A DNA stretch of 64,000 nucleotides from Podarcis gaigeae. Its lineage: Eukaryota. Where the stretch lies: NCBI GenBank assembly GCA_964106915.2, contig OZ066917.1; one strand, given 5' to 3'. The position numbers were made by a program, and so were the translations under genes. Below, piece by piece: positions 52,506-64,000 of this stretch (positions within the stretch are counted from its first letter, which is position 1; each line of letters begins with the position of its first letter). The notes under the pieces are model-generated. The model saw only the letters and a list, made by a program, of their open reading frames with translations, was not told the DNA's origin and made no database searches.

Positions 52506-52954
52506 GTAAGTTCAACCTTCTGGAGATTTCTGTTCATATGGCTGATGTTGGTAGCCTGCCTCACAGCTTCAATGAAATACGTATCTCTAGATAAAAATGC
52601 TCACCCTAAGAAGCATTTCAAGTCTAGCAAATATTGCACTGTCTACAGAAGATTCATGCTTTATTTGTGGAACACAAATGGTTTACTTCTATTTTAGAGA
52701 TACAGGGATTGGGCTATATGCAATATTGCTAGGATCATGCTATTGGTGAATTGAGCTTCTGAATCTGTCAAGTAGTCCAACAAACATTGTTAATATTATT
52801 TCTAAAGACAAACCTTTGAAATGTTATGATGCTCCTCTGCTGTTCTCTCTATGACTCCAAAAGAGGTTTTTTTCCCTGACTGTGAATTACATGAAAAGCC
52901 ACAGTGTCCTCTCTACCTTTTGTGTTGTTGGTGCTATGTTTCATGCTGTTTAAT

Positions 52955-53125
52955 TTTATTTATTTATTTATTTATTTATACATACATACATACATACATA
53001 CATACATACCCCGCCCATCTGGCTGGGTTTCCCCAGCCACTCTGGGCGGCTTCCAACAAAACACTAAAATACAATAACCTATTAAACATTAAAAGCTTCC
53101 CTAAATAGGGCTGCCTTCAGATGTT
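52955..53125 (-). mobile_element. L2-type LINE 3' tip with (ATTT)n(ACAT)n tail
   Basis: taccccgcccatctggctgggtttcc similar to 30930-31050. Confidence 0.75.
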
Positions 53126-53695
53126 TAATCATTTGCAACTCATCAACTGCTCTGGTAGCCTTGGTACTGCCCCCAGCTGATCCATTGTACCTCAGAAGCC
53201 ACCCAAACAAGACCATTTCTTATTCCCCAACCATCAGCTATGCTCTGAACCCAAGTATACCAGGCTGCAAACCAACTTCATCTTGCTTCTACCAGCTTTG
53301 TCTCTCCTCTACCCTCATACCAAAAGCTATGGTAGGACCTTCCTGCAAACTAGAACCCTTTGGTGAGGAGACCTGAGAAAAGTATTGCTGCTTCTATAGA
53401 ATCTGTGAGTTGTATCCAGTTGTGTCCCAGTCTGCTGATCTTTTATCCAGCAGAGTCTTCTTCAGGAGAAAGGGGAAATTGCCAGGGTTTGCTGTTTCAC
53501 CCTTCCCTTTGAAGCCCCTTGCACCCACCCACTCCAATCTGCTCTAGGGTTCTGTGCGATGTTTGGAGGTTCCTATTCCCTTCAAAGAGTTTCAGTTGCC
53601 AAAGTTCACCACAAAGAGGGATTGATTGCTAAACCACTCTGAGAACCATAGCTCTGGGAGAGGAATAGGAGTTCACAGCATATTAAAAGTAAGAT

Positions 53696-54023
53696 AAAGG
53701 TAAAGGGGCCCCTGACCATTAGGTCCAGTCGTGGCCAACTCTGGGGTTGCGGCGCTCATCTCACTTTATTGGCCGAGGGAGCCGGCGTACAGCTTCCGGG
53801 TCATGTGGCCAGCATGACTAAGCCGCTTCTGGCAAACCAGAGCAGCGCACGGAAACACCGTTTACCTTCCTGCCGGAGCGGTACCTATTTATTTACTTGC
53901 ACTTTGACGTGCTTTCAGACTGCTAGGTTGACAGGAGCAGGGACTGAGCAACGGGAGCTCATTCGAACCACCGACCTTCTGATTGGCAAGTCCTAGGCTC
54001 AGTGGTTTAACCCACAGCACCAC
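53696..54023 (-). mobile_element. Sauria SINE with small internal deletion
   Basis: Aligns by eye to the 19905 and 55579 copies; lacks the ~13-nt accccgtc.cgggg segment. Confidence 0.9.
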
Positions 54024-55578
54024 AGTGTGACCATTATCTTTTGTATAATTTTGCTGCTGCTGCCTTTCTTGTTTACCTGGGCTGATAGGAAAGTGTGTTA
54101 CTGTTTAGGAGAGAGGCTGAGGGCCAAATCAAATGTGTGGGTGTCTGATTTTGTAGGGCCCAGCATAATAGTATTGGGTCCAACGTTAACAACAAATAGA
54201 ACCCAACCATCCACTCGCCCTGCTGGCCTGTTCCTTGTGAATAATTGCCGTTAGGCTCAGTTGCACTGTGGAACTAATATTACATACACACACACCACTT
54301 TTGAACAATGCACTGTATTCTTTGCCATATCGAAGTCTGAATGTTAGTATTGGTGCACTGCTGTGTATGTAAGCTAGTGCAATCACATGTCAAGATTCAT
54401 TAGACTCTTGTTTCTGAGAACGCCAGAGATGGTCTCATGGGGAAACGCTTACAATGCTTTTGTATTCAAACTTTTCTCAAGTTTGACAGCAGTAGACTGA
54501 AGTTCCCCCTCGCCCTCTTGGTTGTTTTCCCTCTTAAAATAGCATTGACTGACCTACCATGAGCAATTATGCTGGGTATTTTTTTATAACCACGTTTTCA
54601 TGTATTTTGCAGTCCAGAGCACTCACAATAGTCCTGCGCTATTGTGCACATTCCACACTGATTACTAGTCAATACATTTTCCTACTAAGACAATTGCACT
54701 CAAAGGACATGTCTGTGTATGTTGCTTCCATCAGTTTAAACTGCACAAAAGCACATGGGAGTTTGTTGAGATGTGATTATTTCTAAGCAGCTATCACTGG
54801 CAAGATTGCCTTTGCAGCTTCAAGATGCCTGGGGCATATTGTTCATAGTATTGCATACCAAATGCTAGTATGCTTTTTTTGCACTAACTGAATTGTGCTA
54901 TCCAGATGCAATATGGATACTAGCTTAAAAAATATCCTTGGACACACACTAGTCCTAAGCACATTGCATAGAAATTGGGTACACTGATTTAAGACTTAAC
55001 TTCCATAGAAGTTCTCTTAGGATCACACATTTAGATATCTATATCTAGATATAGGAGTAGTTCACACATACCGGTATGTCCATGAAATCTCATCCCAAGC
55101 CTTTACTTCATACAAAAAATGTGTACTATATTAATAGTAACATCTTGATCTTTGGCCTGGCGGTGTGTCCCCTCCCATTTCACTGAATTGGGGTAGGTAC
55201 CAAACATGGGCAAAATTGTTGGCTGAACATTCTGTCCTTGGCACCCATCAGTTTGGCTTAGATGAAGCTAAACTGTTTTTCTGACTGGGTTTTGGGGGAA
55301 ATAGCTTAATCTGAGCTAATCCACACCAGTTCGGTCCTATTGCGATTCACAGAATAAACACCCCAAGATGGTATTGCTTCTCAAACATTGCCCTCACACT
55401 CTCCAGCTTGTTGCTTTACATCTAGGTCACATCACTCCCCAAATCTCTACTTTAAACTCTGCCTTTTCTGCTGAGGGAAGTGGCATCACCCATTTAACAT
55501 CTTGGACTGAGCCCCTTAATCCTTCTTAATGGCAAATTACCAAGGTTATCACCTCACCAGGAGGCTAGCCTGGCCTTT

Positions 55579-55929
55579 AAAGGTAAAGGGACCCCTGACC
55601 ATTAGGTCCAGTCATGACCGACTCTGGGGTTGTGACGCTCATCTTGCTTTATTGGCCAAGGGAGCCGGCGTACAGCTTCCGGGTCATGTGGCCAGCATGA
55701 TTAAGCTGCTTCTGGTGAACCAGAGCAGCGCACGGAATTGCTGTTTACCTTTCCATTGGAGTGGTACCCATTTATCTACTTGCACTTTGAGATCCTTTCG
55801 AACTGCTAGGCTGGCAGGAGCAGGGACCGAGCAACGGGAGCTCACCCCGTCCCGGGGATTCGAACTGCCGACCTTCTGATCAGCAAGTCCTAGGCTCTGT
55901 GGTTTAACCCACAGCGCCACCCACGTCCC
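55579..55929 (-). mobile_element. Full-length Sauria SINE
   Basis: Same consensus; TSD not clear. Confidence 0.9.
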
Positions 55930-58288
55930 GTTTAGCCTATTCTAACACTTGGTGGATCCAGGAGTTAGAAGGGTCTGGCGCCCATCTTAACACTCCAAAA
56001 TCATAACAACACAATGCCTGAACATCTTGCTCGCTCATAATATGGATGATTTTGATTTGGATAAAGGCAGAGGTTGACACATGTGGGTGTAAAAGGGTTA
56101 CTAAATTATGCCACACCTCTTTTGCTGATTTTACCATGCACGGTATTCATATCCAGTTCCAATACATGTGCTATTAATCAACTGGCTCTTTTACCATTTT
56201 AGCAAGCCAAGCTAAAAGCCTTAGTCATATGAAAAGGCTGTAATACTTCACCTCTACATTCCCTTCATCTGGAAGACATGCCTTTTCCATTTTAATTGGA
56301 GCATTTTTTCATAATTGCTCCTATTTAACATGATTATTTTGTCAAATCATGGGATAGCTTTATAGCCATATAATAAGCCCAGGAGAACAACTTCTCTGAC
56401 TGTTGCCATCTGCAGTGATCACAAGAGCAGCTTAGGAAATATGGACAGTCTTTAGAGTAATGGGATACATATGGTAGCACACAATTATGTGTGGCTGGAT
56501 TCAATTAGTGTTGTACAATTACACAGTTTTATTGCTTAGTTAAAACAGTGAAAGCACTACATAGTGGGTAATTTGCACTAATCCACATCTCTTTAATTGC
56601 CCTTCAGGGCTTAAAGGAAAATAGAACTTGTAAAGAGCTTACTTTCTTAGTAAGATGAGCTTTAAATGATCATCTACATTCTTTGCTCTTCGCAGGGCAG
56701 ACAATTAAAATATTACCGCTTTACATTGAAGCCTTATTTTTGTCTTTAATCTTACTTACCAGGGCAGAGGGAGCATGTCCCCATGCCCACTGCTTGTTTA
56801 CTTGTTTTCAGAAATGAACTGAAGGGTTGGGTTTTAAAAAAGAAAATAAACCCCTACTTGTAAAAAGCTCCAGGGAGAAGTTATATATATATATATTTTA
56901 AAAAAAAAACACCGCATCCCTGGATTTTTTTTTAGTTAAAAAAATCCTGGTGAAATGATAAATTGGTTCTTTTAATAGACATTCAACAAACTTAATGTTT
57001 TAAGTTCCTGAACACTTTGCAAAATAATTTCCCCTGCCCTGCCCCACAATAGAAACACTGAAAAAATATGCCTGGGGTTGTTTATTAAAAATAAATGTTG
57101 TATTCTGCCTAGCGTAAATTCAGACACTGAGGTAGCTCTGCCTTCTATGCCCTAGTCACAAAGTCTTTACAAAGCCTAGTGCACAATCCCTAATTAAAAA
57201 TGTCATTGAAATATAATTTATTGCTGCCACTTCAGCAAACACTTTCTTAAAGATTCATAAACCAGATGTGCCTAGCAACTCACATTTTTAATAATAGAGC
57301 AGTTCCATTTTTAAATATCCTCCTTCCCTACCCATATTCTTTCTGGATTTGTCACAGCCAGTGTGTGCTGAGAATTTCTGTTTGCTGCTCCTTTTCGAAG
57401 ACAAAATTCCAGTTTCATGAGCTCACTGAAACCCAATTGAAGGGGGGGGGGAATAGGCCTCTGGATGCAAAACATATTCTCAGAATATGTATTTGATGCT
57501 ACGGTGTGTTTCTATTGCTGTGCAATTTACATGTAGTTTGCATTTCACAAATAAGAAAAACATTCTTTCTATTTGCCACGCAACTTGCAATAGGCTTTGG
57601 TGGCTGGCTAGATCACAATTTAAAGGGTAAAGAAGTGTTGTAGAAAATCTGAGACAAGAGGCAATTTTATTAATAAAAACAAATTCCCTCTGTGGTCAAT
57701 GGCCATTGAAATGTAGAATAATGGATCTGGCGGTGCCTAATGGCATGAATTCCAATACTCAGCCAAAAGCAGATATCCATAAGTAGTAGGGAGAAACCTC
57801 CTTGGCCTATACTTCATTCTCAGCCACAATTTCTGATAGAAAAGTGATGACCAAGCTGGAAGTGACCTTCAAAGATCCTTCTGCCTCATAGAGTGAACTA
57901 AACTGTCCAATCTGCTCTTATTAAATTAATATTAATTATGAATACTGGAGGATTGTACCACCTGCGTGGCAATAGATTGTCTCTATAGCAACTCTAGCAA
58001 CCTGTTTTACATCCCTACAGTAAGGATACTGTGCTGTTTGTTCAATTTAAAGCTTCTGGCTACTGTTTCATGTTTATTAAGTGAAAGCTAAGTTCACACC
58101 AACCCCTTTATCACACTCTGTTCACCTCTGGCTCTCACTTCCGCACATCTGCTGTGTTCAGGCACGCTTGGGGACGGGGGACAAGGGCCTTCACTGCCAC
58201 AAGCACAATGGAATAGAAGACTGACTGTTAAGGGAAAGGGAGATTCTTGCTAGAGGGAACACACTGAATCGGAAGACTGTTTGTTTAG

Positions 58289-58422
58289 GTTTATGAGCAC
58301 CAAGATGGGAGCAAGTCACTGAAGCTGGGAGATTTTGGACTGGCCACTATCGTTGATGGACCTCTTTACACCGTCTGTGGGACACCTACTTATGTAGCTC
58401 CAGAAATCATTGCAGAAACTGG
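58289..58422 (+). CDS. DCLK1: Kinase exon [44 protein letters not shown](G) (DFG to APE)
   Basis: tttag acceptor, GG|gtaaga donor, 134 nt, phase 0-2. Confidence 0.98.
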
Positions 58423-58884
58423 GTAAGATGGTTTGTAACATATTTGGTATGTACTAGTAATTTGTAAATTGAATCTTGAGAAGAACATTGACAGGTTAGG
58501 GCCAAGGCAACAATCAAACATTTATCAAGTTTCTAAGATAGTAGTAATGATAGTTGCTGATTACTGCTGTTTACAATCTCTCTTCCTTCATTTTATATCC
58601 TGTTTCAGTTACTGCCTGGTGTGCAGAGCGACTATCTTCTAGTGAAAGAGATCCATATTCTTCTCTTGAATAGTGGATGTCCATTTGAATATAAATCACA
58701 CTGTACTTGAATTTTAATATTTTAGATTTAATTCTTGCACTTCATTTTCTAAAATGCCACGTGAAATATAGCTATTACTAAGACAACGCCATGTAATTTA
58801 ATGATGGTCTTTGCCATGGTATCATTTTCTCTTTGCTTTTATTTTGCACTATTGATCACACATTCTTTATAATATTAATCATAA

Positions 58885-59067
<183 letters not shown>

Positions 59068-59540
59068 TAGCTGCTCTCCCCACCCTTCTCCTCCCCTGCT
59101 GTGTGAGGCAATGTAATTTACCTAAACAGTATCATGATAGGTGAGATGATGATATCATAGGTTTATTTTTATTTATGCAATTCATTGCTGGTAAAAAACA
59201 AACGAAATAAAAATGATGTTCTTCCCAGAATTTAAATATTATGCTGTGCCCTTTTAGAATGGTATAAAATGTATATCAAATATATGTTTACTAAAAGTTG
59301 AAGTGCAGAGCCTTGCAATTTTCAGATATAGTCTGATGAATTAACAAAGGCAACTGTTTCTTAGGAGCTTTCTTTCTTTCACATTTTGAATACATGCTGT
59401 TTGGTAGACTCTGCAAAATGGGAGAAACACATTTTTCCTCAAGCACTGGGCTTTAAGAGCAGAGTCTTGCTGTTTCATGTATTTACTTTATCTTTTTCCA
59501 TGTGGTGGGAACTTAACACTTTTGTTTCCTTACCGTGTAG

Positions 59541-59637
59541 AAGTGGAGAAGATCAGGAAGTCCTGTTTGATCAGATTTTGATGGGACAAGTAGACTTTCC
59601 ATCTCCCTACTGGGATAATGTTTCTGACTCCGCAAAG
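59541..59637 (+). CDS. DCLK1: Kinase exon (G)[32 protein letters not shown]
   Basis: gtgtag acceptor, AAG|gtaaat donor, 97 nt, phase 2-0. Confidence 0.97.
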
Positions 59638-59828
59638 GTAAATTGTGCTGCTTTGCTCTTTTCATATCTTACTGACAGCTCTCTTTACAAGCCTTCTCAG
59701 GGAGCCTATTGTAAAGTTTCAACTGGTGCAGATCAAAAAGTTTTAACTAGTGCAGATGAAGATGCTAACCCAATGTGCTGCAGAAAGGAATGAAAAATAA
59801 AACTGCCGATATCATAATGCTGTTTTCG

Positions 59829-60606
59829 TGTTCAGACCCAGAGACCTCCCCTAAATAAATTCACACATAACTCAAATTTTAGTTTTGGGTTTTGGCAGAA
59901 TTTGGGCTACAACTTTATTGATTACAGAAGGTGAGTGGTTGTATAGGCTCTGGTTCGACTAGTTCCCTGCACTCTTGCAGGCAGCGCTGACCCAGGGCCC
60001 CAGCATAGGTCAGCCAAGGGTGAACACCTGGGAAGGTGAAAAGCCGGGTACAGACACTGTTCACCACCCAGATGCCCCCCTGGACTCAGGTATGGGCACA
60101 ACCCCCTCTCAGGGGTTGACCAAACCAGTTGAGTCCCTTGATTCCTTTAATGGAACACCCTTCACGTAGGGAAGGCGAGACCGCTCCCCCATCCCTATCA
60201 CCTGAACCAGAGTCTATCCGCAACCTTACAAGTTGTGACTATTTGCTACACAGCAGGTGAAACCCAAACAGCAACAGCCAATCAGCCAAGTGAAGAAATT
60301 CCTGCTGTGCCCCTGTCCCAACGACAGACGACACACGACGGCATAGAAAGGTCAAAGCACAATGTCCTAAAAATAGGTAGAGGTGGGCAGGTGTTCCGAA
60401 TGCATGAGCCGAAAGAGGAAGCTCTGGGTCATGTGCATATATACAGGTCCCTCAATCTGTTTGGACTGCACCCCATTGGTCAGATTGAACCCAACATCGA
60501 TGGACCTACCAATCGGGTGTTGTGGCTAACCAATCAAACCCACCCACAACACAGGAGATCAGTCTCCAGGTTTCACTGCAACACGTGCCCTCTTTTAGGG
60601 AGGACA
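59829..60606 (-). mobile_element. Probable solo LTR inserted into a CR1
   Basis: TG...CA ends with CGTGT/ACACG inverted flanks; read on the minus strand: CCAAT boxes (60475-60534), TATATA (60438-60443), AATAAA (59914-59919); CR1 sequence on both sides; no clean TSD. Confidence 0.6.
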
Positions 60607-60608
60607 CG

Positions 60609-60962
60609 ATATACAAATCTATGGTGCAGCCGCATTTGGAATACTGTGTACAGTGCTGGTCACCTCACCTCAAAAAGGGTATCGTGGACTTGGAAAACAT
60701 TCACAAAAGGCCAACCAAAATGATTGAGGGAAAAGAGTGGCTCCCCTATGAAGAAAGGTTTCAGCATTTGCAATGTTTTAGTTTAGAGAAAAGGCAAGTG
60801 AGAGGTAGCATGATAGTAGTTTATAGCATTATGCATGGCATGGAGAAAATTTCCTTCCCTGTCTCCTAGCACTAGAACCTGTGCACACCCAACAAAGCTG
60901 AATATTGAAATATATAGGACAGGTAAAAGGAGTGCTTCTTCATACAGTTAACCTATGGAACT
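60609..60962 (+). mobile_element. CR1 ORF2 C-terminal/3' fragment (5' part at ~59783-59825)
   Basis: YKSMVQPHLEYCVQCWSPHLKK...LPYEER...FSLEKR, classic CR1 motif string. Confidence 0.88.
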
Positions 60963-60981
60963 AAATCTTTCCATTTTACAG

Positions 60982-61062
60982 GAACTTATTACTATGATGC
61001 TACAGGTAGATATAGACCAGCGATTTTCGGCATTGCAAGTCCTTGAACACCCATGGGTTAAT
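60982..61062 (+). CDS. DCLK1: Kinase exon [27 protein letters not shown]
   Basis: ttacag acceptor, AAT|gtaagt donor, 81 nt, phase 0-0. Confidence 0.96.
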
Positions 61063-61187
61063 GTAAGTAAATCTAAAGGCTATCAGCTTTATTTTAACAT
61101 TGCTATCTTTTTTTAAAAAATAATAATAATTTGCTTGTGAAGTCTTTTGAATTGCTGTTTTAGAAATATGACACATGCCACAAGTAG

Positions 61188-61264
61188 CTGCCAACCTAGC
61201 AGTTCGAAAGCAACTTTCGCCTTTGACTGGACTTAACCATCCAGGGGTCCTTTACCTTTTACTT
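61188..61264 (+). mobile_element. Internally deleted Sauria SINE remnant
   Basis: ctgccaacctagcagttcgaaagca followed by ...ggggtcctttaccttt. Confidence 0.6.
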
Positions 61265-61310
61265 AAAGCACAAAGCTTTAAGTATTAAGATGCTGGTCAG
61301 TTGTTGATGT

Positions 61311-61354
61311 AAAATACCTGAAAGAGTGGGGCAAAATACCTGAAAGAGTGGGGC
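61311..61354. repeat. 22-bp perfect tandem duplication
   Basis: aaaatacctgaaagagtggggc x2. Confidence 0.9.
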
Positions 61355-61986
61355 AAATCTATTTTAAAGGGCTTTTTTTAAGACTTCAGCCATTATTTAC
61401 AAGAATATGAGTCTATGTTTCATACAGCACATTGAGGGGGAAGAATAAATGTTACTGACTTGTGGATGACCAAAAAAATACAACGCATTTGTAAGAGTGA
61501 CTGTGGCAATCCACCATGAGCAATCTGTCTTTGTATCCTGTTTATTAATTACACATACCCTGAAATTATTCTTTTGGGGGATTCTTCAGAACTATTTTAC
61601 TAGTGCACAGAAGTACCCAGCAAGTTGGTCTTTTAAGGCCTTACTCCTAGGCCAACTCTAGTCTATGTAGACTGTTATTGTGTCAACTTCAGGCATGTTG
61701 AATTAGCCAACTGGGTAATTCATGAATACCGTACAAAACTAGAAGGGTGTAACAATTGGCAACCTTCAGCACATAACTTCATGATATTAGAAAGTTAGTC
61801 AGCTGCCTCCAAGCACTTTTAGATCTTGTAAACTGCAGATTCCCAAATAAAACAGTTAAAACTAATAGGTCCTAATAATTAATATATTGTTAAAAACAAT
61901 ATGGTAGTGGTCTAGAAAATGTCTCCTGAATTGTCATTCAGCTCCTCGTAGATCATAATTCACAAATGCTTGTTTTTGCTTTGCAG

Positions 61987-62100
61987 GATGATGGCCTTCC
62001 AGAAAATGAGCATCAGTTGTCTGTAGCTGGAAAGATCAAAAAGCATTTCAACACAGGCCCCAAGCCCAACAGCACAGCTGCTGGAGTTTCCGTTATAGCA
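61987..62100 (+). CDS. DCLK1: C-terminal autoinhibitory tail exon [38 protein letters not shown]
   Basis: ttgcag acceptor, GCA|gtaagc donor, 114 nt; gene continues beyond the window. Confidence 0.97.
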
Positions 62101-64000
62101 GTAAGCATCTGCAATACAATCCTTAACTTTTCTCCCTCAGCGTCTGTATATTGGGTCTGTGCTGAGGAGATGGCACCCAAAACTCAGCAGATAGTTATGC
62201 CTTTAAGTCAGTATAAAATAAAACTTCAATTATCCCATCATCTTCCAATTTCTTCATCTTGAGAGCCATATCATCACCCAAGGGTATTAGGCAGCACACA
62301 CTATCCTATATATTTCTGAAAATCAGTCCCTTAATGGAGAAAATCCAATGTGCATTCACAAATGTGGCATTTAAGCTTGTGATCATTTACTTTAAAATTG
62401 TTTCCTGGATTGGACTGTTATAATATTTACCTGTAGCAAAGGCAAAAAACCCCGATTCGAAGCAGGAATTCCTTACACCAGGCACATAGAAATCATTAAG
62501 TGTTAAGAAATACAACTGCTTCTGGAGTAGCAATTTTTGCCTACACCGACTGGCACTGAAATACTGCACGGATTAGCAATATGCAGCCCACTGCATTGGC
62601 TCCTAACGCCCTACATGCTGTGGCATGTATACAGCTGTCCCATGGAGCATTCTATGTGCATGATTGGCAGCCGTACAATGTCCCCACCCCACAACTCAAG
62701 ATACTGATACTGGAATGCCTAATATGGTTTTAGGACTAGGCCCTAATTTTTCCATCACAGTCTGATAGAATTATAGGAGCATTTTAATAACCTAAATGAA
62801 TCTCTCATTTTTTTAAAGACACCCAAGAGAAGAAACTTCCATTTGCATTATAAGATACAAATCTATGTGCTCATAGATTTTATTCAGTGTACATATCACT
62901 CTTTGGACACAAGCTGGCTAGCTGCTTCCCTCCAGGCAGGAATCAAACTGGCTGGAGATTTAAACAGAACTCCGTACAAAGCTTCTGGTAGCACACATGG
63001 TTTTTTGTTTTGGTTTTTTGCAATTCTCTGCAGAGGCCCTGTTAAAATCTCAGTTGCACATAATAGCACAGATGAAAGTGTACCAGGCTTCCTCGCTTCC
63101 TCTTCTTCCAACCATAAATACAGAAAGGCCAACAGTAGCTAACAGGGTTATCATTTACTGTATCTATTTCCCACAAACATGCACAGAAGTCATTGGGTTT
63201 CCATAAATTAATATCACTGAGCGGTCACTGGGTTTGTTTGTTTTTTAACATGCCCATCTTCTTTCTTTTCGTCTGCTTGTGCTTTTTAAGCTTCCTTTCA
63301 TAAATGTGCCTACCAATCATGCTCCAGAAAGAGCCATCAGAATGATGCATCGAACATAATAACCATTGACCATATCAGATTAATTGACATTTGTTCCCAG
63401 CTTGAATAAAGTGCAAGTGGAGCCCCTTTTTGTGTAGCTCTCCCACTTTCATGGTTTTGGGGAGTTTTTCTGGCTTGGCCCTTTTGGGGTGGATTTTAAG
63501 TCGGCATGAATTAAATTCAGCTCGTTTGGCTCAGCCCATCTTTTCTGGATGCTTGCTCCAGAGTTATTCGGTTTTGCAAGTGTTTGTCCTTCCCCTCATC
63601 GCCTACCACCCCACCAATGATTTTATTTCTTTAGCTGTAAAAATTGAATAAATAATCCCTGCCTCAAAAATGGAAGGTAATCTTTCCCTCATGCTTTCCT
63701 TAGGTTTGGTCACTGTTTTTATTCATCTCATTGGCTAAAAATACAGTCAGTGTTTGCTTTTTTTAAATGTTCCATTAAAACCAAAGCGACAGTAGCTGTT
63801 TCCCACAACTAAAACATCCCATTATGTGCATTCGTCATATGAAATGTCAGGTATGTTCTCAACTGCCCAGCTGAAAACCTTTTCAATTGGGCTGCCAGCA
63901 CGCTTGTACATGAGAAGCACTTGCTCAGGTCCTCTACACGAGGGATTTCATAGCTTTTCAAAAGCTCTTTCAAAATGCTTTGCCAGCTCCTTTTTCACCC

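Noticed and set aside
60235-60869. 162-aa and 115-aa ORFs
   Set aside because: Span the LTR/CR1 junction; only the CR1 ORF2 remnant is recognisable
62101-64000. Search for the final DCLK1 exons (TTALDKERQ.../LDHGF...)
   Set aside because: Not found by eye; presumably downstream of the window

Overview
Vertebrate genomic DNA, very probably a lacertid lizard (judged from Sauria/POM-type SINEs, Bov-B 3' ends, lizard CR1/L2 and Penelope remnants). The whole window lies inside the + strand gene DCLK1 (doublecortin-like kinase 1). I can place 14 GT-AG coding exons with consistent phases: the exon leading into the Ser/Pro-rich linker (4345-4461), the internal MLELIE start exon of the short isoforms (11301-11319), the shared SP-rich exon, the alternative terminal DLYRPLSSDDLDSVGDSV* exon of DCL/CARP with a probable ~4.6 kb 3'UTR, a second linker exon, eight kinase-domain exons and the first C-tail exon. 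The N-terminal DCX exons and the last exon(s) are outside the window. The 56-aa CARP microprotein is encoded entirely within it. Introns hold many TEs with readable target-site duplications. The notable ones are Penelope remnants carrying minimal hammerhead-ribozyme motifs (one in a 78-bp-arm palindrome), a four-layer nested DNA-transposon stack with a 154-bp tandem array, and an LTR-like insertion inside a CR1 whose 3' part appears to supply a kinase-exon branch point. There is one assembly gap (41419-41608). TE family names come from recognition, not from a database search. I found no convincing wholly new biological system; the findings are candidates to test.
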